Of a DNA stretch of 39,777 bases, positions 7,191-17,128 are shown piece by piece. A program made the translations under genes and the position numbers. The stretch comes from Candidatus Parcubacteria bacterium. GTDB lineage: Bacteria; Patescibacteriota; Minisyncoccia; Phycocordibacterales; JAACPR01. The stretch covers positions 1 to 39,777 of the forward strand of contig JAACPR010000006.1 of assembly GCA_009995365.1 (NCBI GenBank), in the 5' to 3' direction. The notes beneath the pieces are model-generated. The model was not told the DNA's origin, did no database searches, and saw only the letters and a list, made by a program, of their open reading frames with translations. The first letter of the stretch is position 1, and each line of letters starts with the position of its first letter.

Positions 7191-9173
7191 CTAGTTAAGA
7201 ATTTGTTCTGAAGGTGATTGGTAATCTGATGTAGGAACTGCATCTTGTGAGTCATCTCCAGCAGCTTTTGTATCATTGAAGTTAACTTGTCCAAGTTGTC
7301 CTCTAAAGTTTCCTGTAGAAGCAGCATCGTGGTAAAGAGTTAATTTCAAATCAACTTCTTGTCCTGGGTTTAATCTCACGTAGTTTCCATCGATTGTACC
7401 ACCACTAACTCTTTCTAGAGTTGCTGTAGTTGTACCTGTTGAAACAACAACATCGTTATTGTTCACATCTTCAATGTAACCGTATGCACCTGCAGCGCTA
7501 ACTGCTGTATTTGTAGTTGTAGCTGTAAGAGCAATGTAAGCTGTTTCATCGAATGCTTTAACTGTGAAGTTAATTTCGAACTTACCTTGGTCATCAGTAC
7601 TTGTTGTATCTAGGTTAAAGATTCTAGCTGAAGAATCATTATCCCCTTCTGACAACATGATTCCTGTTGCAGCGAAACTAATGTCATCAGCTTGTGCTGA
7701 ACCTTTTAGATCTGTAACAGTATCACCGTTTTCATCATCAGCATCAATGTCAGCTGAATCGATAAATACAACTGAGAATGAATCACCATTTGTGAATCCT
7801 CCATCAATATCATTGATGTCAGCTTTCAATACAAATGAAACTCTATCTCCTTCTTCGATAACTACATCATCATCATCAAGATCGATGAATGTAAGTGTTC
7901 TTGTTGGGACTGAGCTTGAAGCGAAACTTCCACCATCAATTGTTACTCTACCAACTTCTTTTCCTTCCATAAATAATTCGAAGTCGTTAGCAATTTCAGT
8001 AACACCAGCACCTACTGATGTAATATCGATTTCCAATGAATCAAGTTCTAGATCAGAACCTTCAGCTTCTAATTCGAAGCTTAGGATTTCAACACCATTT
8101 GTGTCGCTTGTTTCTGAAATTTCAATTGTTCTTGCATTGTTAATTGATGAATCATCTTCACGAACTGTTAGTTCAACATCTCCTGAAGTTGAAAGATCTT
8201 CAAAAGTAAATGTTTCTGTGATTGTTCCATTTACTCCTGTACCTGTTGCGTCAGTTAGGATTGCTCCTGTTGCATCTTCATATCTGATTTGACCAATAGC
8301 AACTTCCCAATTTTCATCAAGATCGTTACTATCAATATTTCTGATTGCTGAAACAGCAACATAGAATCTTTCTTCTTCATCTTCATCAATAATAGCATTT
8401 GAAACTGCAATGTTTCTTGAATACACATCATTGTTTTCTGAGAAATCATCTACGTCAACTGTACCAACAACTGTGTTTCCCATCATGATTTGTACTTCAT
8501 CAACATAACGATCTAGTCTGTCTGAACCTGAACCATCGTGTTCAAATTCAACACGTACTGAAGTAACTGCGATGTCTGATCCTGTAGCTTCAATTTCGAA
8601 ACCAAGAACTTTAACCTCGTTTGCTCCTTCTAGAACTTCATCTTCAACACCTGATGATCTTTCTGTTACATCAATACTTCCAGCTCCACCTTGTAGACCA
8701 GTACTTGGTGTAGTTGGTGTAGTTGGTGTAGTTGGTGTAGAAACTAGACCTGCGAATGCTGATCTAGTGATTGGACCAAAGTATCCTGATGCTGGTGAGA
8801 TTCCTTCAGCTGCTTGCATTGAAGCTAGAGCTGATTGTGTAAGAGAACCGAAGTACCCTTTTGAAACACCTGCTGGGATATTTAAGTATCCTAGGTCAAT
8901 AAGAACATCTTGTAGGGCTACTACATCTGCTCCTGTTGATCCGATTGTTAAGTCTCTAGTGAAGTTGTATCCTGCTGCAGTTGAACCTGAAGTAGAACCA
9001 GTTGTTCCTAGAGCTGCGCGAGCTGCATCTGCTTTTTCTGAAGAAATGATATCTAGAGAAATAAGCAATTCAACTAACTCGCTTGCTGTCAAAGCAGAAG
9101 CTGGAACTGCTACACCTACGAAAAGTGCAATAGCTACAACAACACCTGCTGTTTTTGCGATTAAATTTTGCAT
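7191..9173 (-). CDS. secreted peptidoglycan-binding-domain surface (S-layer-like) protein
   Basis: Signal peptide ending PASA; 'FTRDLTIGSTGADVVALQ...GYFGSLTQSAL...GYFGPITR' PG_binding_1 motif; PT linker; acidic beta-rich remainder; strongly biased codon usage. Confidence 0.85.
   Translation of the reverse strand: MQNLIAKTAGVVVAIALFVGVAVPASALTASELVELLISLDIISSEKADAARAALGTTGSTSGSTAAGYNFTRDLTIGSTGADVVALQDVLIDLGYLNIPAGVSKGYFGSLTQSALASMQAAEGISPASGYFGPITRSAFAGLVSTPTTPTTPTTPSTGLQGGAGSIDVTERSSGVEDEVLEGANEVKVLGFEIEATGSDIAVTSVRVEFEHDGSGSDRLDRYVDEVQIMMGNTVVGTVDVDDFSENNDVYSRNIAVSNAIIDEDEEERFYVAVSAIRNIDSNDLDENWEVAIGQIRYEDATGAILTDATGTGVNGTITETFTFEDLSTSGDVELTVREDDSSINNARTIEISETSDTNGVEILSFELEAEGSDLELDSLEIDITSVGAGVTEIANDFELFMEGKEVGRVTIDGGSFASSSVPTRTLTFIDLDDDDVVIEEGDRVSFVLKADINDIDGGFTNGDSFSVVFIDSADIDADDENGDTVTDLKGSAQADDISFAATGIMLSEGDNDSSARIFNLDTTSTDDQGKFEINFTVKAFDETAYIALTATTTNTAVSAAGAYGYIEDVNNNDVVVSTGTTTATLERVSGGTIDGNYVRLNPGQEVDLKLTLYHDAASTGNFRGQLGQVNFNDTKAAGDDSQDAVPTSDYQSPSEQILN
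8705..8740. repeat. 9-bp tandem repeat x4 encoding the Thr-Pro-Thr linker
   Basis: (TTGGTGTAG)4 exact. Confidence 0.95.
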
Positions 9174-9672
9174 AATTTTTTTTAATTTTTAAGTCTTAAG
9201 TTATGAGTCGATCCGTTAACTTTTAAATTTGTGGATCTCCTCGGACTAATTTACTAATAAACGTTTACTAATAACACGACGGGTCCAATACCCCATCTCA
9301 GTTTCTATCATGACTGTCCTGCGGAATTTTACCGCGTATGGGCGCGGCAGACATTTCTGTCTGATTGCTTGTAATCTCCATCTCAAAAAAGTTTTCGACA
9401 AACTTGATTTGAGTTTTGGATTCTTTGTTGCTGTCTTTTTCTGTCTTGTCTGTCGTTCATTTTTGCTCTGCATATTTCTAAAAATGTTTTTTATTTTTTT
9501 CAAAACTTCAAAATAAATTTCAAAATACAACAAGCAAAAAATCGGGATTGATCATCCTTTCTGTAAAAATAGTTTACAACGTTTACGATGCATAACCGTA
9601 TTTAATTGTAAATGTTCACTTCGTTCTGAGTTCACCAATATAAGCGATCTATCATTCGATCCGTATGTCTAT

Positions 9673-9700
9673 ATTATAAGCCCATTTACATTGCTGTAAA
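9673..9700 (-). promoter_or_regulatory. putative sigma70 promoter of the surface-protein gene
   Basis: TTTACA (9700-9695), 16 bp, TATAAT (9678-9673); perfect DnaA-box sequence TGTGGATAA at 9708-9716 just upstream. Confidence 0.55.
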
Positions 9701-9928
9701 GTAATGATGTGGATAACTTTATTTTTAAGCATTTTTTCAGCAAAAATAAATAAAATTATTCATTCTAATCCAATCACTACCCTATCGATGGACATTGAAA
9801 TATTAACAGAAAATCCTTAATATCTCAATACCTACCAATAGTTTTCTGTGACACGGCGACTTTTATTTTCTATTTCGGATTGGCAGTTTGCGGACCGGCA
9901 TTCTGATTGGCATTTTGATATTTAAATT

Positions 9929-10765
9929 TTATTGTCCTTTAATCATGTATCTGCTCCATCGTCTCTCGCCCTCTTTCTCAAGGACACCTTCCTCGACCAT
10001 CGAAACTAATTCCCTCTGAAGTGTCTTTTCACTAGTGTCTTTTATAATAGCAGAAATGTCTTTTACAGAAACATCTTTCTTTTGTTTTATGATATTAATA
10101 ATCTCTTCCCTTCTCTTGTTTCTCTCGTGAATTTTGTTTGTAGTTTTGTTTGTAGTTTTGTTTTCAGTAAGTGTCTTTTTTGGTGTCTTTTTAATTACTG
10201 ATGAATATGCGGAATTTTGTTCATCCTCCTCAAAGACATTTCTATCAGACATTGATTGATGTCCTTTTTGTTTTTGTTGTCCTTTATAAAAGACGTTGTC
10301 TTTTATAATTTCTCCAGCAGGTTCTGCGAAGAAATCGTCTTTAATAATTCTTGTCCTTGATTCATTTTCTTTCATATCAAATTCATCAACAAAGTTTGCT
10401 ATTTTATTTAACTCTTCGTTAACGATTCTATAATTCATTTCTGATATAAAACCAGATCTAAACGCCACATTATACAGTGAGATTAATTGAAATAGTTTTT
10501 GACTAATATCTCGTAGGACCGATTCCCTAGAAGACATGGTTGCATTACTCAAGGACATAACATTGTCCAATAGGTTTAATGTTGTTTTTCTCAGTTGCCA
10601 TTTGATAGGTTCTTGGACACTCATCAAATTTGTTATGAGATAGATAGCGGTAGAAAGTCTTTCTGTCTTTTTGTATAAAAAGACAAAACTTTCGTCCTTG
10701 AAAATAGTTAGGTTTGTATTGCTACTTGTAGCCAAGTCTTTATTTGATTGTTTTCTAAAATCCAT
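9929..10765 (-). CDS. protein with N-terminal helical bundle and C-terminal DeoR-like winged HTH
   Basis: C-terminal 'RREEIINIIKQKKDVSVKDIS....SEKTLQRELVSMVEEGVLEKEGERRWSRY'; N-terminal 'YKKTERLSTAIYLIT...EPIKWQLRK' resembles four-helix-bundle proteins. Confidence 0.75.
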   Translation of the reverse strand: MDFRKQSNKDLATSSNTNLTIFKDESFVFLYKKTERLSTAIYLITNLMSVQEPIKWQLRKTTLNLLDNVMSLSNATMSSRESVLRDISQKLFQLISLYNVAFRSGFISEMNYRIVNEELNKIANFVDEFDMKENESRTRIIKDDFFAEPAGEIIKDNVFYKGQQKQKGHQSMSDRNVFEEDEQNSAYSSVIKKTPKKTLTENKTTNKTTNKIHERNKRREEIINIIKQKKDVSVKDISAIIKDTSEKTLQRELVSMVEEGVLEKEGERRWSRYMIKGQ

Positions 10766-10880
10766 AATGTCTTTTAGATATGTCTTTTACTTAAAAACAA
10801 AAGTGTCCTTTTGGTTTAGGACACTTTTATGTAAAAGACACTCTTATTAGACATAATACTGATATTGTCTTTAATGTCAA
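10766..10880 (-). promoter_or_regulatory. promoter with clustered TGTCY/RGACA sites
   Basis: TTGACA (10880-10875), 16 bp, TATTAT (10858-10853); seven TGTCY/RGACA motifs, including palindrome AAAAGTGTCCT-N8-AGGACACTTTT (10799-10828). Confidence 0.7.
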
Positions 10881-11022
10881 GGTTTTTAGTCTTTTATTAA
10901 CGTCTCAGTCTTATCACGCTTTAATTCATGATCAAATCTTGATTTCCGAGATAGTCGAGATAGTTAAAATAAAACTAAAATTTATTATTGACTTTAAAAT
11001 ACTATTGTATATACTTTGGTAT

Positions 11023-11298
11023 ATGTATACAATTTTAAATGTTAAAACAGATAAAAAACTAAAAGAAGAGGCTCGGAGAGTTGCTTCTGAAATAGGTGTT
11101 CCGCTAAGCACTGTTGTTAACTCTTTCCTAAAACAATTCGTAAGAGATCAAGAAGTTACTTTCTCTGCAAAAGAATATAAGATGACCCCTTATCTAGAAT
11201 CTTTGATTGAGGAAACTGAGCAAGACTACAAGAAAGGAAAACTTGAAGGTCCTTTTGACAATGCTGACGATTTCATTAAAAACCTAAACAAACAGTAA
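11023..11298 (+). CDS. RelB/DinJ-family antitoxin
   Basis: 'ILNVKTDKKLKEEARRVASEIGVPLSTVVNSFLKQFVR' RHH; start moved to ATG 11023, 7 nt after TTGACT-16-TATACT (10988-11015). Confidence 0.88.
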   Translation: MYTILNVKTDKKLKEEARRVASEIGVPLSTVVNSFLKQFVRDQEVTFSAKEYKMTPYLESLIEETEQDYKKGKLEGPFDNADDFIKNLNKQ

Positions 11299-11561
11299 TG
11301 CTAATTCTTTACAAAAAGAAATTTGAAAAAGAATACCAAAAATTAACAAAAGCAAACAAAGACAAGTTTAATTTAAAGATAAAACTACTACTCGTTGATT
11401 TACACGACAAAAGACTAAATACTCATAAACTTCACGGGAAATATAAAGACTGTTTTAGTATAAACATCACTGGTGACATCAGAGCAGTTTTTAGACTTAA
11501 GGAAAATAATAAAGTTATCATTTTTATAGATATAGGAACACACAGCAAATTATACAAATAA
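11298..11561 (+). CDS. RelE/YafQ-family mRNA interferase toxin
   Basis: 'HKLHGKYKDCFSINITGDIRAVF...DIGTHSKLY'; TAATG overlap with the antitoxin. Confidence 0.9.
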   Translation: MLILYKKKFEKEYQKLTKANKDKFNLKIKLLLVDLHDKRLNTHKLHGKYKDCFSINITGDIRAVFRLKENNKVIIFIDIGTHSKLYK

Positions 11562-11615
11562 AATCTTGATAAAATCCCCACCCCTCAAATCACAATATGC
11601 TATAATTCTTTAAAT

Positions 11616-13856
11616 ATGGGACGAAAAAAGAAGAACAAAAAAGAAGATTCTGAAAGCTTTTTAAATGCTTTCAAAAAAGAAACTCTTGAGGGTATTACCG
11701 CAATATTTTTTATTATAATTTCATTATTTTTGGTGCTGTCGCCTTTTGGTAAGGCAGGGATAGTTGGGACTGCAGTTCATAATTTTTTAGAATTAATTTT
11801 TGGACCGATTGGTTATTATTTGTTGCCAATTATTTTATTGATACTCGGAGCTTCATTTATAAAATCTCTTAGCCACAATTTGGCGTGGCCGAAAATTATA
11901 GGAGCTTCGCTGATGCTAATGACCGGACTTGGACTGATAGATATCGTAATAAAAGAAGGAGGAATGATCGGACACTACATCAATGTTCCCCTACTCTCTC
12001 TTTTTGGCACATGGATGACAGTCATCGGACACATCGGAGTTTTAATTATTTCAATTTTAGTCATTTTTGATCTTTCACTAAAATTCTCACACATCCAAGA
12101 CTTCATGAGCAAATACTTTTCTCGTGACAAAAAAGAAAGCGACGAGGAGGTTGAGCCGGAAATCAAGCAACCTGAAGATGAGTCGACCGAAGAAGCAGAA
12201 GAGAGTGATGAGGAAGAAGACGAGGAAATCGAAGTGGTCAGAAAAGACAAAAAAGAAGAAGAACCGAAAAAAACAAATGGACTTATTTTCTTTTCTCGAA
12301 AAAATGAAAGCTTCAAAGAATACACAGCTCCCCCACTCTCACTACTATCAAAAGATTCCGGAAAGCCAGGAGTCGGCGATATCAAAGCAAACACAAATAT
12401 CATCAAGAGGACTTTGGCGAATTTTGGAATCCAAGTCGAAATGGATGAAGTTTCAGTCGGACCATCGGTTACTCGTTACGCCTTGAAACCTGCCCAAGGG
12501 GTCAAGCTTTCAAAAATCGTCTCTCTGCAAAATGATCTGGCTCTGGCGCTAGCTGCCCACCCTCTTCGTATCGAGGCACCTATTCCTGGAAAGTCTCTTG
12601 TCGGGATTGAAATTCCAAACTCAAGCAAAACAACGGTCGGACTTGCCTCTATTTTCAAAAATACTGAATTCCAAAAAAGCGATAAGCCCTTGTTGCTCGG
12701 ACTTGGACGAGGAATTTCTGGAGATTCACTCTTTACAAACCTTGCCAAGGCTCCTCACATGCTGATTGCTGGTGCAACTGGTGCCGGAAAGTCTGTAACG
12801 ATTCACGCTATTATTACTTCTCTATTATATAGAAACTCCCCTGAGATGCTGAAGTTCATCATGATTGACCCAAAACGCGTTGAACTTACCATGTATAACA
12901 AAATCCCTCACTTATTAACGCCTGTTATTACTGATCCAAAGAAAACTATCCTTTCGCTAAAATGGGCCGGAAAAGAAATGAGTCGTCGTTATGACATTTT
13001 AGAAGAGCACGGTGTTCGCGATATCACCTCTTATCATGAAAATATTTTGGAGCCTGCCCTTAAAAAAGGTGGTGACCCTGAAGATATGCCCGAAAAAATG
13101 CCTTATATCGTCGTTATTATTGATGAGTTGGCTGATATTATGCAGACTTATCCTCGCGAATTAGAGTCTGGAATAGTTCGTTTGGCTCAAATGTCTCGTG
13201 CTGTTGGGATTCACTTGATTATTTCAACACAAAGACCTTCTGTTAATGTTATTACTGGTCTTATCAAAGCCAATATCCCATCTAGAATTGCCCTCCAAGT
13301 CGCCTCTCAGATTGACTCTAGGACAATTTTGGATATGCCGGGTGCTGAGAAACTGCTCGGCGCTGGAGATATGCTTTTCCTTTCTGGAGATATTTCACAA
13401 CCTCGCCGTATTCAATCAGCCTTTATTTCAGAGAATGAAGTGAAAAGTGTTGTAAGTTATCTGTATAAAAATTACGAATTCGATGGATTAAGCGATGCGA
13501 TTGATCTAGATGCAAAAGCCGAAGAATCAAATAGTGAGTCATTATTTAACGCAATAGAAGATGACGGCGAGGACGAAGACGATTTATACAGTGAAGCCAA
13601 AGCGGTCGTCATCCATGCAGGAAAAGCCTCTACTTCATACCTACAAAGAAAACTAAAAATTGGTTACTCTCGTGCGGCTAGAATTATGGATATTTTGGAA
13701 GAAAACGGTGTAATTGGACCAGCCGACGGATCAAAACCTCGTGAAATATTGACCGGAGGTGATGATGGTGATGGCGCTGATAGCGGCAACTCTTATGATG
13801 AAGCTTCTTCAGATTCAGACGAAGATAATTCAGAAGAAGAAAATGAGCAAATATAA
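11616..13856 (+). CDS. ftsK: DNA translocase FtsK
   Basis: 4 TM N-terminus, Walker A 'GATGAGKS', 'MIDPKRVEL', 'IIDELAD', 'TQRPS', gamma domain 'STSYLQRKLKIGYSRAARIMD'. Confidence 0.97.
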   Translation: MGRKKKNKKEDSESFLNAFKKETLEGITAIFFIIISLFLVLSPFGKAGIVGTAVHNFLELIFGPIGYYLLPIILLILGASFIKSLSHNLAWPKIIGASLMLMTGLGLIDIVIKEGGMIGHYINVPLLSLFGTWMTVIGHIGVLIISILVIFDLSLKFSHIQDFMSKYFSRDKKESDEEVEPEIKQPEDESTEEAEESDEEEDEEIEVVRKDKKEEEPKKTNGLIFFSRKNESFKEYTAPPLSLLSKDSGKPGVGDIKANTNIIKRTLANFGIQVEMDEVSVGPSVTRYALKPAQGVKLSKIVSLQNDLALALAAHPLRIEAPIPGKSLVGIEIPNSSKTTVGLASIFKNTEFQKSDKPLLLGLGRGISGDSLFTNLAKAPHMLIAGATGAGKSVTIHAIITSLLYRNSPEMLKFIMIDPKRVELTMYNKIPHLLTPVITDPKKTILSLKWAGKEMSRRYDILEEHGVRDITSYHENILEPALKKGGDPEDMPEKMPYIVVIIDELADIMQTYPRELESGIVRLAQMSRAVGIHLIISTQRPSVNVITGLIKANIPSRIALQVASQIDSRTILDMPGAEKLLGAGDMLFLSGDISQPRRIQSAFISENEVKSVVSYLYKNYEFDGLSDAIDLDAKAEESNSESLFNAIEDDGEDEDDLYSEAKAVVIHAGKASTSYLQRKLKIGYSRAARIMDILEENGVIGPADGSKPREILTGGDDGDGADSGNSYDEASSDSDEDNSEEENEQI

Positions 13857-14352
13857 CACTGCTAAAATAATAAAGAACGCTATTTACCTGTTTTTTGTTG
13901 TTGCAATAGTCGGTTATGCCCTATACAACTCTAGGATTTTTATTGCGGGGCCTCAGATTGAAATTTTCGCTCCGCAAAGTGGTGTGACGATTGAGGAAAG
14001 TCCTCTAGTTTTGATCGAGGGTGAAGCGCGAAATATCGCATTTATCGAGCTTAACAATAGGAAAATCAATACTAACGAAGAAAATCGATTTAGTGAGCCG
14101 GTTCTACTCTACCCTGGTTATAATATAATAACTATTTTAGCTAGAGATAAATTTGATAGGAGGATTGAAAAGCAGATTGAATTGGTTTACGAGGGTAAAA
14201 ATCCAGAGGAATTTTTGGACGAACTTTTGGATGAAAATGATCAAATAGAAAATGAGGGTGTCGAAGAAGGTGGTGAAAATATTTTAGAAAATGCCACAAC
14301 AAGCCTAGAAACAAGCGCTTCCTCCCCTTCTACTTCTTTAGACGAATTTTAA
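13843..14352 (+). CDS. membrane-anchored Ig-like domain protein
   Basis: Start at ATG 13843 overlapping the ftsK end; one TM helix, 'GPQIEIFAP...LYPGYNIITILARDKF', acidic tail. Confidence 0.7.
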   Translation: MSKYNTAKIIKNAIYLFFVVAIVGYALYNSRIFIAGPQIEIFAPQSGVTIEESPLVLIEGEARNIAFIELNNRKINTNEENRFSEPVLLYPGYNIITILARDKFDRRIEKQIELVYEGKNPEEFLDELLDENDQIENEGVEEGGENILENATTSLETSASSPSTSLDEF

Positions 14353-14388
14353 AGAAATTTTAGTAATAGATGTTAAAATACAAGAACT

Positions 14389-15465
14389 ATGCCAAAAAAG
14401 AAAACAACAAAAAAAGATATCGAAGTTAAAAAAGATGTAGAAAAAAATACAGAGAAAATGTCGTCTGCTGACAAAAAAGCAGAAAACCAAATTAACATCG
14501 AAGCAACTCTAAAAGAGATCAAGACAAAGTTTGGGGATGAATCAATCATGAAACTTGGTGAGAGTCGCAAGGTAAATGTCGATGCAATACCTACAGGGTC
14601 AATCGGTCTCGATGATGCGTTGGGAATCGGTGGAATACCAAAAGGTAGGATTGTGGAAATTTATGGACCAGAATCTTCTGGTAAGACGACGCTTGCGCTT
14701 CACATTATTGCTGAAGCTCAGAAAAATGACGGAATTTGTGCCTTTGTCGATGCAGAGCATGCCATGGATCCTGATTATTCCAAGAAAATTGGTGTTAATA
14801 CGGACGATTTATTGATTTCTCAACCTGATACTGGTGAACAGGCTCTTGAAATTACAGAATCACTGGTTAGGTCTGGCAAGATTTCTGTGATTGTTATCGA
14901 CTCTGTAGCGGCTTTGACGCCAAAGGATGAGATTGAGGGAGATATGGGAGCTTATCATGTTGGAAAGCAGGCTCGTCTGATGTCTCAGGCACTACGCAAA
15001 TTGACTGCTCTCGTTGCAAAGACTGGAACAGTAGTTATTTTCATTAACCAAATCAGAATGCAAATCGGGGTGATGTTTGGTAATCCAGAGACGACTCCAG
15101 GTGGTCGGGCTTTGAAATTCTATACTTCAGTTCGATTAGATATTCGTCGAATCGCTCAAATTAAAAAAGGTGAAGAAATTATGGGCGGTAGGATACGCGT
15201 CAAAGTCGTCAAAAACAAGGTCGCTTCCCCATTCAAGATGACAGAATTTGATCTGATGTATAACGAAGGTATTTCTCGCGAAGGTGAAATGCTTGCCTTG
15301 GGTGAAAAATACGAAATCATCAGCAAAGCTGGTGCATTCTACTCATACGGTGAAGAAAAATTGGGTCGTGGTTATGATGCTGCTAGGACTTATCTAAAAG
15401 AAAATAAAAAAGTCAGCAATGAAATAATGACTAAAATAAGAAAAGCCCTTAAAGAAGACAATTAA
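14389..15465 (+). CDS. recA: recombinase RecA
   Basis: '[16 protein letters not shown]', 'DAEHA', 'DSVAAL', '[10 protein letters not shown]', '[15 protein letters not shown]'. Confidence 0.99.
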   Translation: MPKKKTTKKDIEVKKDVEKNTEKMSSADKKAENQINIEATLKEIKTKFGDESIMKLGESRKVNVDAIPTGSIGLDDALGIGGIPKGRIVEIYGPESSGKTTLALHIIAEAQKNDGICAFVDAEHAMDPDYSKKIGVNTDDLLISQPDTGEQALEITESLVRSGKISVIVIDSVAALTPKDEIEGDMGAYHVGKQARLMSQALRKLTALVAKTGTVVIFINQIRMQIGVMFGNPETTPGGRALKFYTSVRLDIRRIAQIKKGEEIMGGRIRVKVVKNKVASPFKMTEFDLMYNEGISREGEMLALGEKYEIISKAGAFYSYGEEKLGRGYDAARTYLKENKKVSNEIMTKIRKALKEDN

Positions 15466-15487
15466 TTGTGCTAATATCTTCCCTATT

Positions 15488-16069
15488 ATGTTGAATTACA
15501 ATGAAATAAAAGAAAGAAAGTATATCGTTTTGGGCGATGAGCCTTATGAAGTGCTTAGCTCGAATGTTTTTCGCAAACAACAGAGAAAGCCGGTTAACCA
15601 AACCAAACTGCGTAATTTAATTACCGGCTCTGTCCGCGCCGAGACTTTTCATGTGACTGACACTGTTGAGGAGGCAGACTTGGACTATAAAAAGATAAAA
15701 TTTTTATTCAAAAAGCCAAATCGCCAAGCAAACACAAATGAATTTTGGTTTTGTGAAATTAATAACCCAGCAAATCGTTTTGAACTAGACGAGGAAGTCA
15801 TTGGTGACAAGGTAAAATTTATCAAAGAAAATTCAGAGGTCGATGCTCTGCTATTCGATGAAAAAATTATTGGTATCAAAATTCCTATCAAGGTTGAATT
15901 AAAGGTTGTCGATGCCCCACCAGCCGTCAAAGGCAACACCGCAACTGGTGCTAACAAGCAAATCACTCTAGAGACTGGGCTAGTTGTAAATGCCCCTATT
16001 TTTATCGAAGAAGGTGAAAGCGTTGTTATTAATACTGAAAAGTCTGAATATGTCGAGAGGGTAAAATAA
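15488..16069 (+). CDS. efp: translation elongation factor P
   Basis: 'TKLRNLITG', 'PPAVKGNTATGANK...LETGLVVNAPIFIEEGE...NTEKSEYVER'. Confidence 0.93.
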   Translation: MLNYNEIKERKYIVLGDEPYEVLSSNVFRKQQRKPVNQTKLRNLITGSVRAETFHVTDTVEEADLDYKKIKFLFKKPNRQANTNEFWFCEINNPANRFELDEEVIGDKVKFIKENSEVDALLFDEKIIGIKIPIKVELKVVDAPPAVKGNTATGANKQITLETGLVVNAPIFIEEGESVVINTEKSEYVERVK

Positions 16070-16090
16070 TTATTAAATTTCATTCTTTAA

Positions 16091-16130
16091 AAAACAAAAA
16101 AACCCCGCTCGAAAGCGGGGTTGTTTGTTT
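16091..16130. terminator. bidirectional intrinsic terminator
   Basis: A tract, AACCCCGCT-CGAA-AGCGGGGTT, T-rich tail, between convergent genes. Confidence 0.85.
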
Positions 16131-16160
16131 ATGAAAAAATCTGCAATCTGCAGTGAGAAT

Positions 16161-16703
16161 TTAGTAGGCTGGCCTACCGCATTCAGTCAGTTCGCAAATA
16201 CGATTTGGCTCCTCATCAGGATCAATCATACCAATATGAGAACAGTCCTGCTCTACAGAATTCATACTACCTCTGACAAATGACTCAACAAGAATATCTT
16301 GCATATCGCCCAAATCATCAAGGCCATGTTCTTTCGCAAGATCAATAGCTTGTCTGATAAGTTTACTTGTGCAGTATCGCTTACCACCATTGTATTTACT
16401 ATTTTGGTAAATACTACGAAGATAATCGACTGTAGAACTAAGCTCTTCTTCGGTAAACTCTTTACCCAAGAAAATTTCAGCAAATTCCCCAAGATGATCA
16501 ATTGGAATCGGTCTCTTACTACCACAGGAATCCAGATAGGAAACCTTATACATAGCAACCACCTCTTCACAACCAAAACCTTCTTTTAGAAGTTTTCTGA
16601 TCTTTGGACATTTAATTTTACTGAAACTAGCCCCTGTTTCCTCCAAGACCTCCATTCTCAGAGTTTGCAGTTCTGTTAGCTCAATTTTATTTTCCCTTTT
16701 CAT
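16161..16703 (-). CDS. hypothetical protein
   Basis: Open frame of 180-196 codons filling the gap between two terminators; ATG at 16703 preferred over GTG at 16751; no family recognised. Confidence 0.65.
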   Translation of the reverse strand: MKRENKIELTELQTLRMEVLEETGASFSKIKCPKIRKLLKEGFGCEEVVAMYKVSYLDSCGSKRPIPIDHLGEFAEIFLGKEFTEEELSSTVDYLRSIYQNSKYNGGKRYCTSKLIRQAIDLAKEHGLDDLGDMQDILVESFVRGSMNSVEQDCSHIGMIDPDEEPNRICELTECGRPAY

Positions 16704-16804
16704 TAATGCACCTTTCGTTGTTGGTTTTTGTTTTTTTGAACTAGCATCCACCAGCTCTAATATTTGATGTTATTACTTTTATTTTAAATGTCAAACAATT
16801 TAAA

Positions 16805-16838
16805 AACAAAAAACGCGATTAGTGTCGCGTTTTTTGTT
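16805..16838 (-). terminator. intrinsic terminator after rpsR
   Basis: AACAAAAAACGCGA-TTAGTG-TCGCGTTTTTTGTT. Confidence 0.85.
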
Positions 16839-16870
16839 ATTTTTTATCTTAAAGAAGGTATCGAATTTTA

Positions 16871-17077
16871 CTATCGATTGATGTATGGCATCAAAGCCAT
16901 GAATCTTGCTCTTTTGATTGCTTTTGCCAGACGTCTTTGCATTTTTGCACTGACAGCTGATCTCTTGCTACCAATAATTCTACCGTTTGGATTTACGAAT
17001 TGTTTTAGAACATGAACATCTTTGTAATCGATATGTTCAATATTGTTTTCTTTAAAGAAACATTGTTTTTCAGACAT
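16871..17077 (-). CDS. rpsR: 30S ribosomal protein S18
   Basis: 'IDYKDVHVLKQFV...GRI...QRRLAKAIKRARFMALMPY'. Confidence 0.97.
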   Translation of the reverse strand: MSEKQCFFKENNIEHIDYKDVHVLKQFVNPNGRIIGSKRSAVSAKMQRRLAKAIKRARFMALMPYINR

Positions 17078-17128
17078 ATTTAGTAATTAAATTACGGTCG
17101 TTTTTTTGAAGAGTCGACACTCTAGCTA

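Noticed and set aside
7564-9192. Long + strand ORFs (242 aa, 206 aa) opposite the surface-protein gene
   Set aside because: Antisense shadows produced by the strong codon bias of the real gene; Ser-rich, no motifs.
9246-9533. 95-aa ORF upstream of the surface-protein gene
   Set aside because: TTG start, no recognisable features, overlaps hairpin-rich leader; more likely non-coding.
9708-9716. DnaA box as evidence of oriC (also a near match at about 1095-1103)
   Set aside because: Isolated boxes with no cluster and no dnaA/dnaN nearby; at most regulatory.
9878-9912. GATTGGCA / GACCGGCA / GATTGGCA short repeats
   Set aside because: Only three short imperfect copies with uneven spacing; not enough to call.
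10939-11022. N-terminal extension of the RelB ORF from TTG 10939
   Set aside because: It spans the gene's own promoter; ATG 11023 fits the family length.
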